From Ruditapes philippinarum (lineage: Eukaryota): a stretch of 64,000 nt of DNA. This document shows, piece by piece, positions 49,101-63,260 of this stretch. The position numbers and the translations under genes were made by a program. The stretch is taken from contig NW_026855145.1 in assembly GCF_026571515.1 (NCBI RefSeq), forward strand, positions 1-64,000, in the 5' to 3' direction. Position 1 is the stretch's first letter; each line of letters begins with the position of its first letter. The notes under the pieces were generated by a model. The model was not told where the DNA came from. It saw only the letters and a program-made list of their open reading frames with translations, and made no database searches.

Positions 49101-52100
49101 CACAATATGACAATAATATAACTTACTGATGAAATAAGTCTGTTTTATAGAATTCTTCTCATACATGAATTGATAGTTGTTTTTTCCGGACAAAGCATGG
49201 TGTTCAAGGGTCCTTGGATGCGTGAGAGATGTTTCCAGAACCATTCATTTGCATATTTAATCAAAATGAGATTGCAATTCTCACTATCAAACTCTATTTT
49301 TACTGTTCTTCATCCAATTATCATCTCCGCCTTTATCTCCGTTTCTTTTTTAATCTGTTCATTTACGATAATAATACGTGCGACATTTTTCCAATTCTCT
49401 AGCACTGGTTCAATCTTTAATACCAACAAAATGAATTCGATGAACCAGAAAACACTAAACACTCTGAGAACAAATTATGTTTTATCTCATGTTGTAGCCC
49501 TTGTTATATCTTTCCGACAAACACAAAGGCAAGACAAATTCACGCCAGAGCATATGATAATTATTGGGAGAACACAAAATAGAGAAAATAATAATATATT
49601 TTATTTAATGAGGGATATTGGAACAATGTGATAAATAGCAACAAACAGAAATGAGCTCAAATTCAACTAACTCTACAATTATGTCATTCTGAATGATCTT
49701 CAACAAAGGGAACAGTTTAACGTGTTAAACTTCTAAATACCTACCCTACATGTATAAGTTTAGTAATTTTCATATGCATGAAGTCAAGCATATTCAGTGT
49801 GCCACACGATTTTTTGTAATATGACAGAAAATATAGCTGTGCATAAACCACTCGATTCAAATCTTTTAAAGTCAGGTTAGTTTTTTTCCTTAATTAAATA
49901 TAACTAAATAAGGCTTAAATAAGTATATGTAAATTCACTTTTGATATAAGTATGACAGCTTTGCCCGTTAAACGAAATTATTAGTACCGGGAGAAACATA
50001 ATTTGCCCATTTTAGGACATAACCCGACCAAAATCTTAACATTTGTACATGATATTACGTAGACAAACTATATGTTTGAACAATGTATTTAACATCAGAA
50101 ACTGTGAATTAAATCACATGGAAAGATGGAAGGAAGGAAGGAAGGAAGGGGACAGTTTGAACTAATCCATAAATGCCTGATTGCTGCTATAAAATTTGAG
50201 ATTTCTGGCAATAAATATGTCACGGTGTATCATATTCACTCTTTGGTGATTAATAGGATGATTGTATTTTGTCATTTAACATGTTTAAAGAGTTCAAATA
50301 CTCCACCAAATTCAAGTATGAGATATATATATATGGAAGTATTTCTTTTTATTTTGTAAAATGATAATTTGTAAATGACAAGGACGCTTTGTTGCAACAA
50401 CGTTATCATTGACTCGTACATATCATTTTACCTTGATCATATTAATATATACTGCCACAATAAGCTGTCTTATTCAAAATATATAAAATTGACTCACATG
50501 CATAGTGGTTATGAATGGCGATTATAATGAATTTGATAAAGAGCAACTTCAATAACGTCAATATATAAAACGTATGTTCAAACTAATTGAATTCTTCGAT
50601 CTTGGACCAAAATGTTTTCTTCACTCTAATTTAAGAACCCCTTGCTCATATATTATTCAACAACATAATTAACAAATGGTTAATAATTACATTATACTTC
50701 GGCATTAATTTAGTAAACAATGATCAACACACATGAAACCGATAATAACATACTTGTGTATGGGTTCACTTGTCGAAGAACATGTCAAGCTATTGTTTTT
50801 ACCAACTCAAAGGCCATCGCTTTCGTTATTGATTTGATTGAAGTTACGTTTTAGGACATAAACTGAAATAATAACAACACTTTCAGATTATATGCTGATG
50901 CACTTTGGTATGTTCATAAAGAAAATGTGGTATGTTCATCAAGAAAAGGCAGCATTCAATGAAAAAATCAGAATTCATTTAATAATTAAAGGTGTCTTAA
51001 AGGCAATAAATCTATATCTTATCAAATATTTTTATAAAATATATCAACAGTAAAATTACAATGGTTCCATTACTATATTGTTGATTCCCGAAAAAGTTGT
51101 AACATATAATGTCTCTGTTATTTAACACACATGAATATTGTATGTTAACAGAATAAAATGTTCCGGAACAAAATATTATTTGCTATTTTAAGTAGGGGTT
51201 TAATCGTTTAGCAATAATGTTGTGCATGCGTCAATCGCTTTTAAATATTTATTTCTTACAAGTGTTTTGGAATTATTCTTTTGGAAATTTCAAACAATAT
51301 TTTTGCAGCAGATATATAGCTTTATACACTTTAAATATGAAAGAAAAAATAAATAAATACGATTACTTGTCTCTGGTATAATTTACAACTCATTTTTATT
51401 AGAAATTTATGTTATTTCATTTTGAGAATTTTGTTAACTAAACATGCAATAGCACACTGTATATTGAAGTAGAATCAATGATTTCTAGATATCCTTCAAT
51501 TAAAACTTTAATTGCCCCTCATTTAATATACATTACCGAAAATGCTGGAATGGAATTCTCATAAAAACAAATTAAAAAGATCTTTAAGCAGATAACTTCA
51601 GCAAATTGAACCATAATAAATGACCTGTGATTAATTAATTATATTTGAAGTTCATTCAATATAAATATAAGAACACTGAAGTGAAGTACGGGGCAACTTT
51701 TTACAGCTGCCACACAGCACTTTACAACTGCTGTTGTGAAGTTTAAAAATCTGGACCAAGTGTGATCCCTCGTAATTTGTTTATGGTTTTAAATTAAAGA
51801 TATGATGTTCAAATTAAGATTTATCAATATTGTAGGTTCCAAAAAGCATTATTTATAAAGTTATTACCGAATATAACATTTTATGTAAATAAAGGGAGGT
51901 AATAAAAATTGATTTTCTTTAAAGTTTAAGTTAAATTTTACAATAAGAAATAAATGCATATATTTTAATGATTACATATAATATGCACACATATTTGCAG
52001 AACATATTTTACATATTCTTCGATGTTTGAAAATTGTTTTATTTGCATAATTATGCACATATAATTTCACTTAGTGTGGTTTATCTCTTTGATCACAACA

Positions 52101-55100
52101 TACAGGATCTTTAATATTTTAACAATACTTTACAATTTAATAGATGAAACGTTGAATTTACAGAGAAGGCAAATTATGTATCATTCTCGAACCTTTTGCA
52201 TTGTGACAAAAATTCTAGTTGAAAGAAGTACATTTTTTGTAATGAATTGACTTTATCTTGTCCAGATTAACATAGTAAAGTGCGTCCTATTTTCATGTGA
52301 GATGGTTTATACCGCCCCGGGCATGTCTTCATTTAAACGATTAAACAATTTAAGAAGTGATAGTATATCTTTGTCCGCTCTAACTGTTTTAATCCAAGCA
52401 TTTCTTCAATCCAATAATTGAGTCTCATTTTATTGAAAACTTTTGAGATTGTGTTCAACGGATATATATATAACAGATGTTTTTTCTATGAAAACTGCGT
52501 AAAATGTACATAGTTACATGTACACTTTGCAAAATTATTTAAAAGTGTGAGCAAACTTAAGATATATCTAGAGTAGAAACATTTAGACTATTTTGCATAT
52601 GGTCATGTCAGAAAATGCGCGGTATGGATCCTTTAAATTAGCAGAATTTTATGAAAAAATGAAGTAAGGCGATATTACCTTCAGAACAATACAACATTAC
52701 AATAATTTTCCCGGGAATAGAGTAAATAAATGTCGGGGGATGAGGTCAGCAGAAAAAATATCATACAATGGAAAAGACTGACGTGAAGAACAATTAAGTA
52801 TTAAAAACAACTAAATCCAATAGAACACTTAGTCACTCTGGTGAAAACCCTACGTTGTAATTTCAAAATGTTAGAGGCTATATCAAGAACAGAATGGTGA
52901 CTTTTTGGATTTTTGGAATTTGTACCACGACACACGCTTATTTAATGTACGGTTGTCTATGTAAAATTATCACGCTTTATTGAAAAACGTAAACAGAAAC
53001 AATAAAAGATTTGCATGTGATGTCTTCAAATGTGTACACAAACAGAAATGTCACAGGTTTATTTAGAATTAGATACTAATGTGTACTGTAATGAGCTCTA
53101 CATCATAAATGGTGATCAGATCGTAAACCCTATTATAAAACTAGACTGGCATACAATTTTGATAAAGAAACTGAAGCAATAAGAGCGAGAACTTAGTTTA
53201 TGCTCCTTGATTTTCTCGTCTTCGAATTGATTAGAAATATGACGTACCAGTTCGTTAGAAGAGATCACCTTTCCGCAAAATTGTTTTATATAATATTTTA
53301 CGTTGATAACTTTAATACAATACATTGTAAGTACGGCCACAATTAGCTGTCCCAGTCAAACTATAAATCTAAAATAGATTCACACGCGTTGTTTCCATGA
53401 ATGACGACTATTATTATTTAAAAAGTGCAAAATCATTAATATCATATTATAAACGTGTGTTCTAAAGCCTTACAATTTTTTTCCACAAGTTCCTGCTCTG
53501 ATCATGTTCACATCTTTGTCATTCATATTCGTTTTTCTCGCTTTTGAAATAAAATCCTTAATTGAAAATTCATTATTTTAATGAAGGTTCGATGCGTTTA
53601 TTTAACATAATGTTATTTACAAAACTCAACACAGTTTTTTTCCAGATATTTTAGTTTCTTTTACACAATCATTATGTAATTAAATTATATCGATCCTCAA
53701 TAATAATGCTATGTTAAGAATAGAGAATTCAAATTCAGGATTTCGACCATAAACACAAAATATATGTCGAACAAAAAGAACAAATAACAAGTCCAGTTAC
53801 AAGTATTCCAAATACCCCGTTAAAATTTTGATTCTTATAATATTAGTTTATCAGATTTTGTGAAATACAAAACGTTTCTATATTATTTTGCAAGGTTATG
53901 ACATTGGCATCTTTACAACAAATTTGGATGCTAATTTATGTTTTACGTATTTGACATTTGTCTAATGTTATCAAACTATATTTCGTAATAATGACAGACC
54001 AAAGTCAAAATACAGCAATCTATGCTGATGAAGTTACAATTTTTGACATTTGTTAAAGAAGTTAGATAACACCATAATAAGTGTCAAACTATTTTTAAAA
54101 CTACACATTAATATCAGTACCCTTTATACATTTATAATTCGAAACCGTAATTATTCAACACCATAATTAACAAATGGTTATTAATTACATTAAATATACT
54201 GTAACATTTAACTGTCATTAATTTTGTAAACATACTATGTTCAACCCACATGATGCCGATGATTGCATATTTGTATATGGATACACATTTCGAAGAAAGT
54301 GTGAAGCTATTGTTTTGACCAACTCAAAGACCGTCGCCTTGGTTATTGATTTGATTGAAGTTTCGTTTACGGCCATCCAGTGAAATACTAACAGAATTCA
54401 GTTCTGTGCTGTCTTTAAAGATTCTGTGTTTCATTATTAAAGTTGAAAAATAGAAACATATGGTGATATATATGGAGTTCTGTACAACAAAATAATGAAA
54501 GGAATATGAAATACGATAATTCTGGAAAAAGAGTGAAAAACCTCCTGGAAAAAAGGGAAAAGCTCGAAAGATCTTGCTTAGTTAAATGATTGAGCGCAGT
54601 GTCTCATGAACAGACTCAATCAAACCGAGCCTGCACTTTTCATTTTTAAACTGTATTTTCATTGCCTTTGAGATATTTTAATCTTTCCTTACTTTTAAAT
54701 AAACCCTTATTTCTTTTTGGTGTTGTCAATATTATTCTGACCTTCTGAGGACATTGGATGCGTGAGAGATGTTTCCACAACCATTCATTAGCATATCAAA
54801 TCAAACAGAGATTGCAATTATCCCTATCAAACTTCATTTCTATTGCTCTTCAGCCAATTTCTGTCTCAACCTTTATCTCCGTTACTTTTTTAATATGTTC
54901 ATTTACGACAATAAAACGTGCAACACTTTACCAATCCTCTAGCACTGGTTCAATCTTTATTACCAATAAATTTAATTCGATGAACCAGAAAACACTGAAA
55001 ACACTGAGAATATATTATATAAATAACACATGTGTTTTGGATAACAGTAAAAATAACCCCAAGGAAAAAACTGTTACCCGAGGCGCTAGCGAGGGATGAT

Positions 55101-57560
55101 TTCACAAATCCATGTGTTATTTATTTTATTACCCCGAACAATAACTGAGATGATTTGTATGATGATTTGATTTTATTTTCTTTAGAATATAGACCATGCG
55201 ACCAGATGTTATACTGTTAAAAATACTGTTACCCTGTAACAGTACACAATCTTAGTCATATGGTACTCTTGCATTAACAGTATAAATAATATCCAGTGGC
55301 CTATGGGAAATTAACATTACACAAACAGTGAGGGGTAATAATATGTATTATCATGTTGTTGCTCTTGTTATTTCTTTACAACAAATACGAAGACAAGACA
55401 AAAATACGCCCGAACAAATGATAATTATTGGGAGAACATAAAATAGAGAAACTGTTGGGAAAAGGCGTAAAATGAAACAAACAAACAAACAATGAAATAG
55501 AGAATAAAAAATATTATTTAATGAGGAATATTGAAACCATGTGATAATAACAACATATAGACACGAGCTCATTTTTCAACTAACACAACAATCACGTCAT
55601 TCTGAACGATCTTCAACAATGGGAAACATAACGTCTCCTTTACGGCCTCAACACGTCACAAACACCACTGATGTCACAATAATACAGACAAATTAAAAAC
55701 CTAAAATTACATCCGAAATGAACAATTTGTAAATAATTAAAACTTGCTTTGACTGAGCATAAAGATATATACAAAAGTGTATTTGATTAAAGGGTCGATT
55801 GTTACTGTATTTATTAACAAGACGCTTTGTCTTTGGAATTTATTTTATGATACCAAAATGCATAATTGAAGACGAAACTGGGGTTAACAAATTTCTTGTA
55901 TAAATTCCAAATGTGTATGTATTACTTTTACATTGTATTGAACGATATTCAGCGCAGGCGTGATCCTTCATCATTTTGACATCTTTGCTTACAAACATCG
56001 CGTTCTACAGAAACCAATATTGATTGTTCACATTGGATTTACAGAGAGAAACAAATTGTTTACTGACGTAAACAATGACAGTTGAACCAAAGCCACTTCA
56101 TCTTATTTATATACTTAATTGAATTAATTTGATCGCAATACAGATAATCTTATCTATTAGTTCAAGTCATTTGATGTCGAAAAAATGTATTTTGTAACAG
56201 TGATTTGTTTTTCTGTTATTAAGACGGGATATCATGTAAACCTAGTGCTTCATTCTGGAAATAAAAAAACACAAGAACAACCGACACTTAAGAAGAAGAA
56301 ATTATAATTTATATTATAGAACATTGACATTTCTTTCTGTTTCGTTAAGATTGGGTTTTAGCATAATTAAGTGGATTCGTTTTACAACAAGTATAATTGT
56401 CAGTATTAGATGAAACATGCATGACTTGTTTAAGGTGCCCTGCTACTGTGAATTGGTTGTGTTGGGCGCTGCATTCTGTGAACTCTTGATCTTTACTTTC
56501 TAGAGTGAAAAGGTCCATAATGGATGATATCTAATGCCTTGAATCATAATAGAATGATTGAGTATCATACGTGGCAACAAAACACAATGTAATTATATGT
56601 ACATAATCTGATATTACATATCTTTATATAGCAGATGATAATTGTTCTAGAACAAAATAGCATTTTTCATTTAACGTTTATATTCAGTCGCTTAGAATTT
56701 GGTGAAGAAATATGTTTTAAGAATATCCAAATGTTACATTTCTATTGTTAAATATCTTCCTTAATGGGGATCCATATTTTCTCTATTTTGCTTATCATAA
56801 TAAGAATATTTATTTGGTATTTTAAATCGTACTATCGTGTTGCTATTCAAGATTATCTTCTGTTTAAAGCATTGGTATGATAAAAACGGTAATAGATATT
56901 TTGTAACGAAGTTTGAGTTAAATATCTTCACTCCCAAGAACATAATATATGTATACACACATGTTTCTCAATTTCACTACTTTAATGTTTAATATTGAAT
57001 TCTGCATAAGGTAAAATATAGCATTTTGACTACATTTTCCAAACCCCTCTGAAATTTGCTTTAATCACAATTCTGCAAATTCAGCACAATCAGGGTCTGT
57101 ATATTTTTATAGCCGACACTCACTATTAATTATCTATTTATCGTTCAATAAAACAGAAATAACTTAGATTGGTAATAATAACAAGCTTACATGATCAATC
57201 CTGATAGAGATTTTGTCATAAGACTTTACTTATTAAATATTGAATGATTTCACATCAATAGGCAATAAAACGAGCTAAAATACACTATGTAATAATATTC
57301 TGGACATACTGGCTGCATGCCTAGACAATATTCTTTCCCTTCAAACACCATATTTTCGAAACAATTCAAACAAATTAAATAAATTACTAAACTTGTAATT
57401 TGTATGTAGCACTTGGACAACCGGCTGAACCGGTACAATATATTCACATTAACATAATTCATAATTAATGAATACATTATTAAATTTGACTATAAGATTA
57501 ATATACCGTATATGAGACATGATCTTATATCAAAATCCACTGAATACTCTTATGAAATAC

Positions 57561-57950
57561 ATAGAAGATATTCAAGTTTTTTCTATAAATACATGATTTA
57601 TTTTCATCGAGTGGTATGAAAATAAATATTTCATGAGTGGCGGTAGCCACGAGTGAAATATGGTAATTTTCATGCCACAAGATGAAAATAAATCATGTAT
57701 TTATAGAAAAAACTTGAATTTTCTGTTTATTATATACATTTTTCTCTTTCTGGACATTAAAATTTGAAAAACATTCCCATAAATATTGAGACTGGCAGAA
57801 TTTAAAAGAAAGTGGTCCGGCAAGAAGCTAGTGAAAATACGGAAAATTTGCAGTGAAAAATAAATTTTTACAGTGAAAATACGGCAAAATGAAAATATGC
57901 ATTTTATTTCATCAATAATTCTCAATATTTCATTTATAAGTATATAATAA
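57561..57950 (+). mobile_element. Crypton-type non-autonomous element, 390 bp, no TSD
   Basis: Empty site gaaatac|aataaaatatt at ~19745; terminal hairpin 57561-57727 around gtggcggtagccac; internal tttattatatac complementary to right end gtatataataaa. Confidence 0.85.
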
Positions 57951-59476
57951 AATAAAATATTACCCTAAAAAGATACGTTTGTGTTTAGCCGGCTGCCCAA
58001 AGCTGAATGAGCGAAATACACTTACTTATTCAAGGACGTAAACTTCGTGCATCATAATACTGGCGACACCTATCGGACATATATATCGGACAAGGGGAAA
58101 TTAATTTTCTACTAATTCATTACATTCAAACTTAGAAAACTACAAATCTCCGCAGATATATATGGTGTTTATATTTTGAGACATTCAATTCATATAAATA
58201 TAAACTGCGACGTTAAGGAAATAAAGCAAATACTGATCTGGTGAAAGTCATTTTCAAAATTAAATGATATACTTTTGTTGAGAATGAACGGGCATATTCG
58301 TTTAAAATATGTAACAATCCGAAAAACATACATAGGAGGAATATCGCTTTTAAACTTTAGTTTAAAAATCTAAATAAATTGTGACCCATTGGAAGCATTA
58401 ATTACATCAATTGTACATACAAATGGCTCGATTTTATCGAGTCTGTGCATTAGGGATACTGAAAATGAGTCCCTAGAAATTGACATGGTCAAAGGAGACC
58501 TAATTACTAAAACAAAGAAATTACCATGTACAAAGATATACAGTAACAGCCCCATTATTATATCATAATATTTCATCGTTTTTAAACACGTTCTCTTCAT
58601 CTTTGCTTTAAAATAAAAAAAATCCATTCATATGTCAATGCTTAGTATGCTACATTAACAATTTTTTTATGAGCCGTATGAAATTAATTTCTTTATCCGC
58701 AGATTCGAAGGCAACATTATATTCCATCAAACGCATTTTACTGGCGTGAAACACTTTTTAACTGTTTATAATCAATTATATTTAATTATTATTATGAAGA
58801 AAAATAATCGTTAATATTAGTATATTTAGTCTAAGACCATTAACAACATAATTTCATTGATCATTATAACTGACCTATAGCTACACTACAAGTTACGTTC
58901 AAAAAGGCAAAATCTTTAAGTGGATTCTTTAACATGGGGATCATATACGCTTTACACGGAATGGTATGAATGTATTGGACAGTCTTTAGGGATTCTATTT
59001 ATCTCTATTTTAAGTTCTTTTTAAAATGGATTGCATTGATTTTAGAAGACGTATTATAAGCTTCATATAAACATTAATTTTGTTTCAAGAAGAAAACAAG
59101 TTTTCCCTAAGGGAATATATTATCAAGTCGAGTAATGAGCCAAATTGATCAAATACTTCCCCAGACATTTCATTTATACGGTCAACCACATGTTTACATG
59201 TATAAACTACACACTATAAAAACAATCGTCTTTTAACAATAATGTAATCAGTAACTGTTCCATATATCAATGCTTTCATGCTTTATATATGTTGATTGAT
59301 ACTCATTAAACGGAATAATCTAAGGTCAACTATATTACAAATAAATATAAAATATATATCCGCGTTTCTCTGTCGGCAGTGTAAGGTCTATTTAAACACA
59401 CTTAGGATATACAATGGTGATATATATAGTGTATTTTTATTACTAGAATAACAGACTGTATGTACAATGATAGGGT

Positions 59477-60077
59477 CCGGGGAAATCCCCTTTAATTCTT
59501 ATGTTTACAAAATAAAACCAATATTTACTCACCCTTCCCGTCACATTCGTAAATTTTGCAGCCTTACATCGCTAGAAATCAGTAACCAGATAATAATTAA
59601 TCCAAGATCAACAGAGATTTATTTCTTCTCTTTTACTTTTTGCAGGTTAATTAAGTCCATTTTTTGCCACACAAACGAAATCAGCACAGCACTATATTTA
59701 TATTGAAACTATACCGCGTGCAGACACAATACACCTACTGACCCAATGACATATTTTTGTGTAAATTACAGAAGTTTATTTAACGGCACAGTAGAAAGCG
59801 CGTGCCAACAGGTGACCAATCACAATACAATATAATTCAGGTTAAGAAAAGGTTAAAGTTGACAGATGATATTTGGAAACAATTTAGTCTAGACATTTTG
59901 ATTCAGTACTGTCTTTTTTAAATATACAAAAGAAATTTAGTTTCGATTCATAATTCATATTTTTGAATGAATGTTGTCCTCTGTAGACATGGTTATATAT
60001 ATATATATTTAGGATTCTTTTTCTCGTGTTTATGTATTTGTATGCATACTGAGATAATCAAATAAACTTGGAAACTT
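59477..60077 (+). mobile_element. Retroposed insertion with a CR1-Zenon-like tail
   Basis: TSD gggt; ends aataaacttggaaactt; empty site atagggtatc at ~21275. Confidence 0.7.
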
Positions 60078-62367
60078 GGGTATCATGATAGACATAAAAA
60101 AGCACGGTTATAGGGCGTCGTCTAGTACAACAATAATGTACTTTATTTGCGGTTATACGGTATCCTCATACACTAGAACGATTATACTATATACACGGTG
60201 AAAGAGTATCGTTTTGCACTCAAATGACAGACTATTTTCGTTGTTATAATAGTATCGTATAATACTAGGATGACATATATTAAATATACAAGGTTATAGT
60301 GTATTCTTTAAGTTACCCTAGATTTTGGTGTGGCGCCTCTAGGTGCCCTACTATGATAACTGGGGTAGGTCGGGGGTCTCCATCCTATGAACGTTGCATT
60401 TGGCTTGTTGTCCTTTATTCTCCTTTTTTATACTATATACGCGGTGAAGTGTCGTCTAACACTGTAATGATAAACAGCGTCGTCTAACACTAGAATAGGG
60501 TAGCCTTCATAAAAAGTTGAAAGAATATCATATAACTATAAAATAAAATACCTTTTAAGTAGGCCTTAATACTGATTTAAGTAATATTGAATTACTTGCT
60601 TTCTAAAACAGTTCCATTTTTAATGATAAATGTTTCATTCATAAACTTATAACATGAATGTTGTTGCAATTTCAAGCGGCACGCGACAACATTTCTGCTT
60701 ATTGTCATGATTTCTGTGGATACAATTTATAGGCATGAACCTTTCTAACCAACTCTCATACAATATTCATCATCTACAAACATTACATGTTCATTTATAA
60801 CACATATTTATACAACTATTCATGTCGTAAGTATTGCATATATTTTTGTATATTTATGCAACTTAATCCAGTTTCAAGGTAGTAAAGTATTTTATTACTG
60901 GAGCTATAGGTTGGTTTCCTCTCTTATTTTGAAATTGTCCTTGAGTTACGACAATGCTTGTTTATAAAATCGTTTTTCATTGATAAAGAGGATAATAAAA
61001 TTGATCACAGGAAAATTTTCTGAATAGACATTGGTTAAAATGCTGTATATAATATTATATATTTAAAGCTGTGTGCTTTTTGAAAATGTGTATGTCTTCA
61101 AAATGCATTACATAAATATTGGTATAGTATAATATATATACAGTGCAAAATATTCAAGTAGTGTCGGCGTGAAATGTTTCCGTCAAGGGTGCATCACATA
61201 AAATACTTATACAGCAAAACTATTTTTTTCGAGGCTAGTGTGTTAGTATAAAAGATAAACTGAAAATCAGTTACTAGAAAGGTGACAAAAATGTATCAAT
61301 TTTGACAGTTATTGAATTGGCAATTATATTCTTAACATTACAGTGTAACAGCCCGTGGTCATACAATGATTAAATATAAAGTCAATAAGTCACTAATGTC
61401 TTTATTTATACAGTAAATAAAAGTTCATATAAATTTTTTACATTTTGTAAGGTTATTCATGACTACTATTAACCACTATGTACGCCACCACCGGGTAAAA
61501 AAACTCTTCCCTAACATCTAGTAACTCAACATAATATTAAAATAGTACAACTTACAAATGAAATAAAGCTGTTTGATAGAATTATCCTTTTGATCTACAT
61601 GAACAGATAAGTTTAATGGTTTTTACGAGCAAAGCAACCCGGCAGCGGCAATAATTAATATCTAAATATGAAAATGATAACATTTGGTAAATAAGTTTGT
61701 TTGATGAAATCAATTTTTCCCTTTAAATGATTCCTGCCGGTTCAAGTGTGTTAATTTCGGAGAAGTCGGTATATTTCCATGATTTACGTGATTTTTGAAA
61801 TGTTTCCATGAAATAGAAATAGAGTAAAACATGAGATAGAGAAAAACAAACCAAAACGGATGGCAAAATGACAGATCGAAAATTATTCAAGCTCGGTGTG
61901 ATTGAATATGTTCATTATGCAAGTTACCACTTGCATCCAATTGCACCGGTAAATGTACAATTCAATATTCAAACAGAAAAAAAGGTGAAATTTAAAATTA
62001 CAAAAATGTCGCAGATGTTATCCATGGACATTTCAAATGACTCAGCAATGTTGCTTGTGCCGTATGATGGCCGTAGAATATCTTTAGGACTTTTTTCTCT
62101 TTGAATATTTTTGAAAGAATACTGTATAATCACCAACAGGATATTTTTTTTTTCGCATTGCATTCGTGTTTTCGCTTTGTAGATCAAGAAGACGCCCTAT
62201 AAAATAAATATAATCTTTTATGTACACATTGAAGCCATATAATGATATTCATAGAAAATATGTTTAAATGAATCATAATTTCTTTTAAAACTTAACTATA
62301 CCCGCTAGGTATAAATATATTGACGTTTTGATCTTTACATTAAAAAGACTCCATAATGGACTTTAAA

Positions 62368-63260
62368 CGAATACGAATATACGAATACGAATACGAAAAG
62401 TTTATTTGTATAAAGCATAGTACAATGCTTATAACAAGTATAAATTGTAATATATACAATGTTTGGAGATCAAAACATGGATTTTTTCCAGCAAACATAA
62501 GATGATTCATGGAATATTATGTTCAATATTCAATATGATATTTAACATGTTTAATATATATGTATGTTGCGCTTGCATGCATAAGTTTCAAACAAACAGA
62601 CGCCAACCTACAATATCCTGAATAGTCTGCACTTAACTTATTCTATCATTTTCTAAAATATAAAGACATGAAGAACACTAAAGTCCTTTAGACTAAAAGT
62701 AATATTCACTGTTGCAAGTCAGTTCTTTTGAAAGATATACTTGCAAACGCAAACATCTTAAACAATAAGTTATGGTTCGAATATATTTCATTTTTCAAAT
62801 ATTACCAGAAGAGATATTATGAAATACGTTGTCTATTTGCTAAGTAAATAAATTTAGACAAAGCACAATATAGTTTTCATAGAATTAGAAGACATTAGGC
62901 TACCGAATTTTATAACAAGTATTAATTGTAATATATATAATGTATGGAGACCAAACATAGATTTTCCAGTAAACATAGGATGATTCATAGAATATTATGT
63001 TTAATATTCAATATTTAACATGTTTAATATATATGTTGCACTTGCATGCATAAGTTTCAAATAAACAGACGCCAACCTACAATATCCTGAATAGTTTGCA
63101 CTTAACTTATTCTGTCATTTTCTAAAATATAAAGACATGAAGAACACTAATGTCCTACAGACGAAACGTAATATTCACTGTTGCAAGTCAGTTCCTTTGA
63201 AAGATATACATGCAAATGCAAACATCTTAAACAATAAATTATGGTTCGAATATATTTCAT
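62368..63260 (-). mobile_element. CR1-Zenon-like LINE 3' end with a duplicated 3' UTR
   Basis: (tattcg)n tail after aataaac; C-terminus KFGSLMSSNS...LSKFIYLANRQRIS*; absent from copy A at ~23582. Confidence 0.8.

Noticed and set aside
49170-49631. 153-aa plus-strand ORF
   Set aside because: Broken in the near-identical copy; composition looks like the antisense shadow of a K/E-rich frame.
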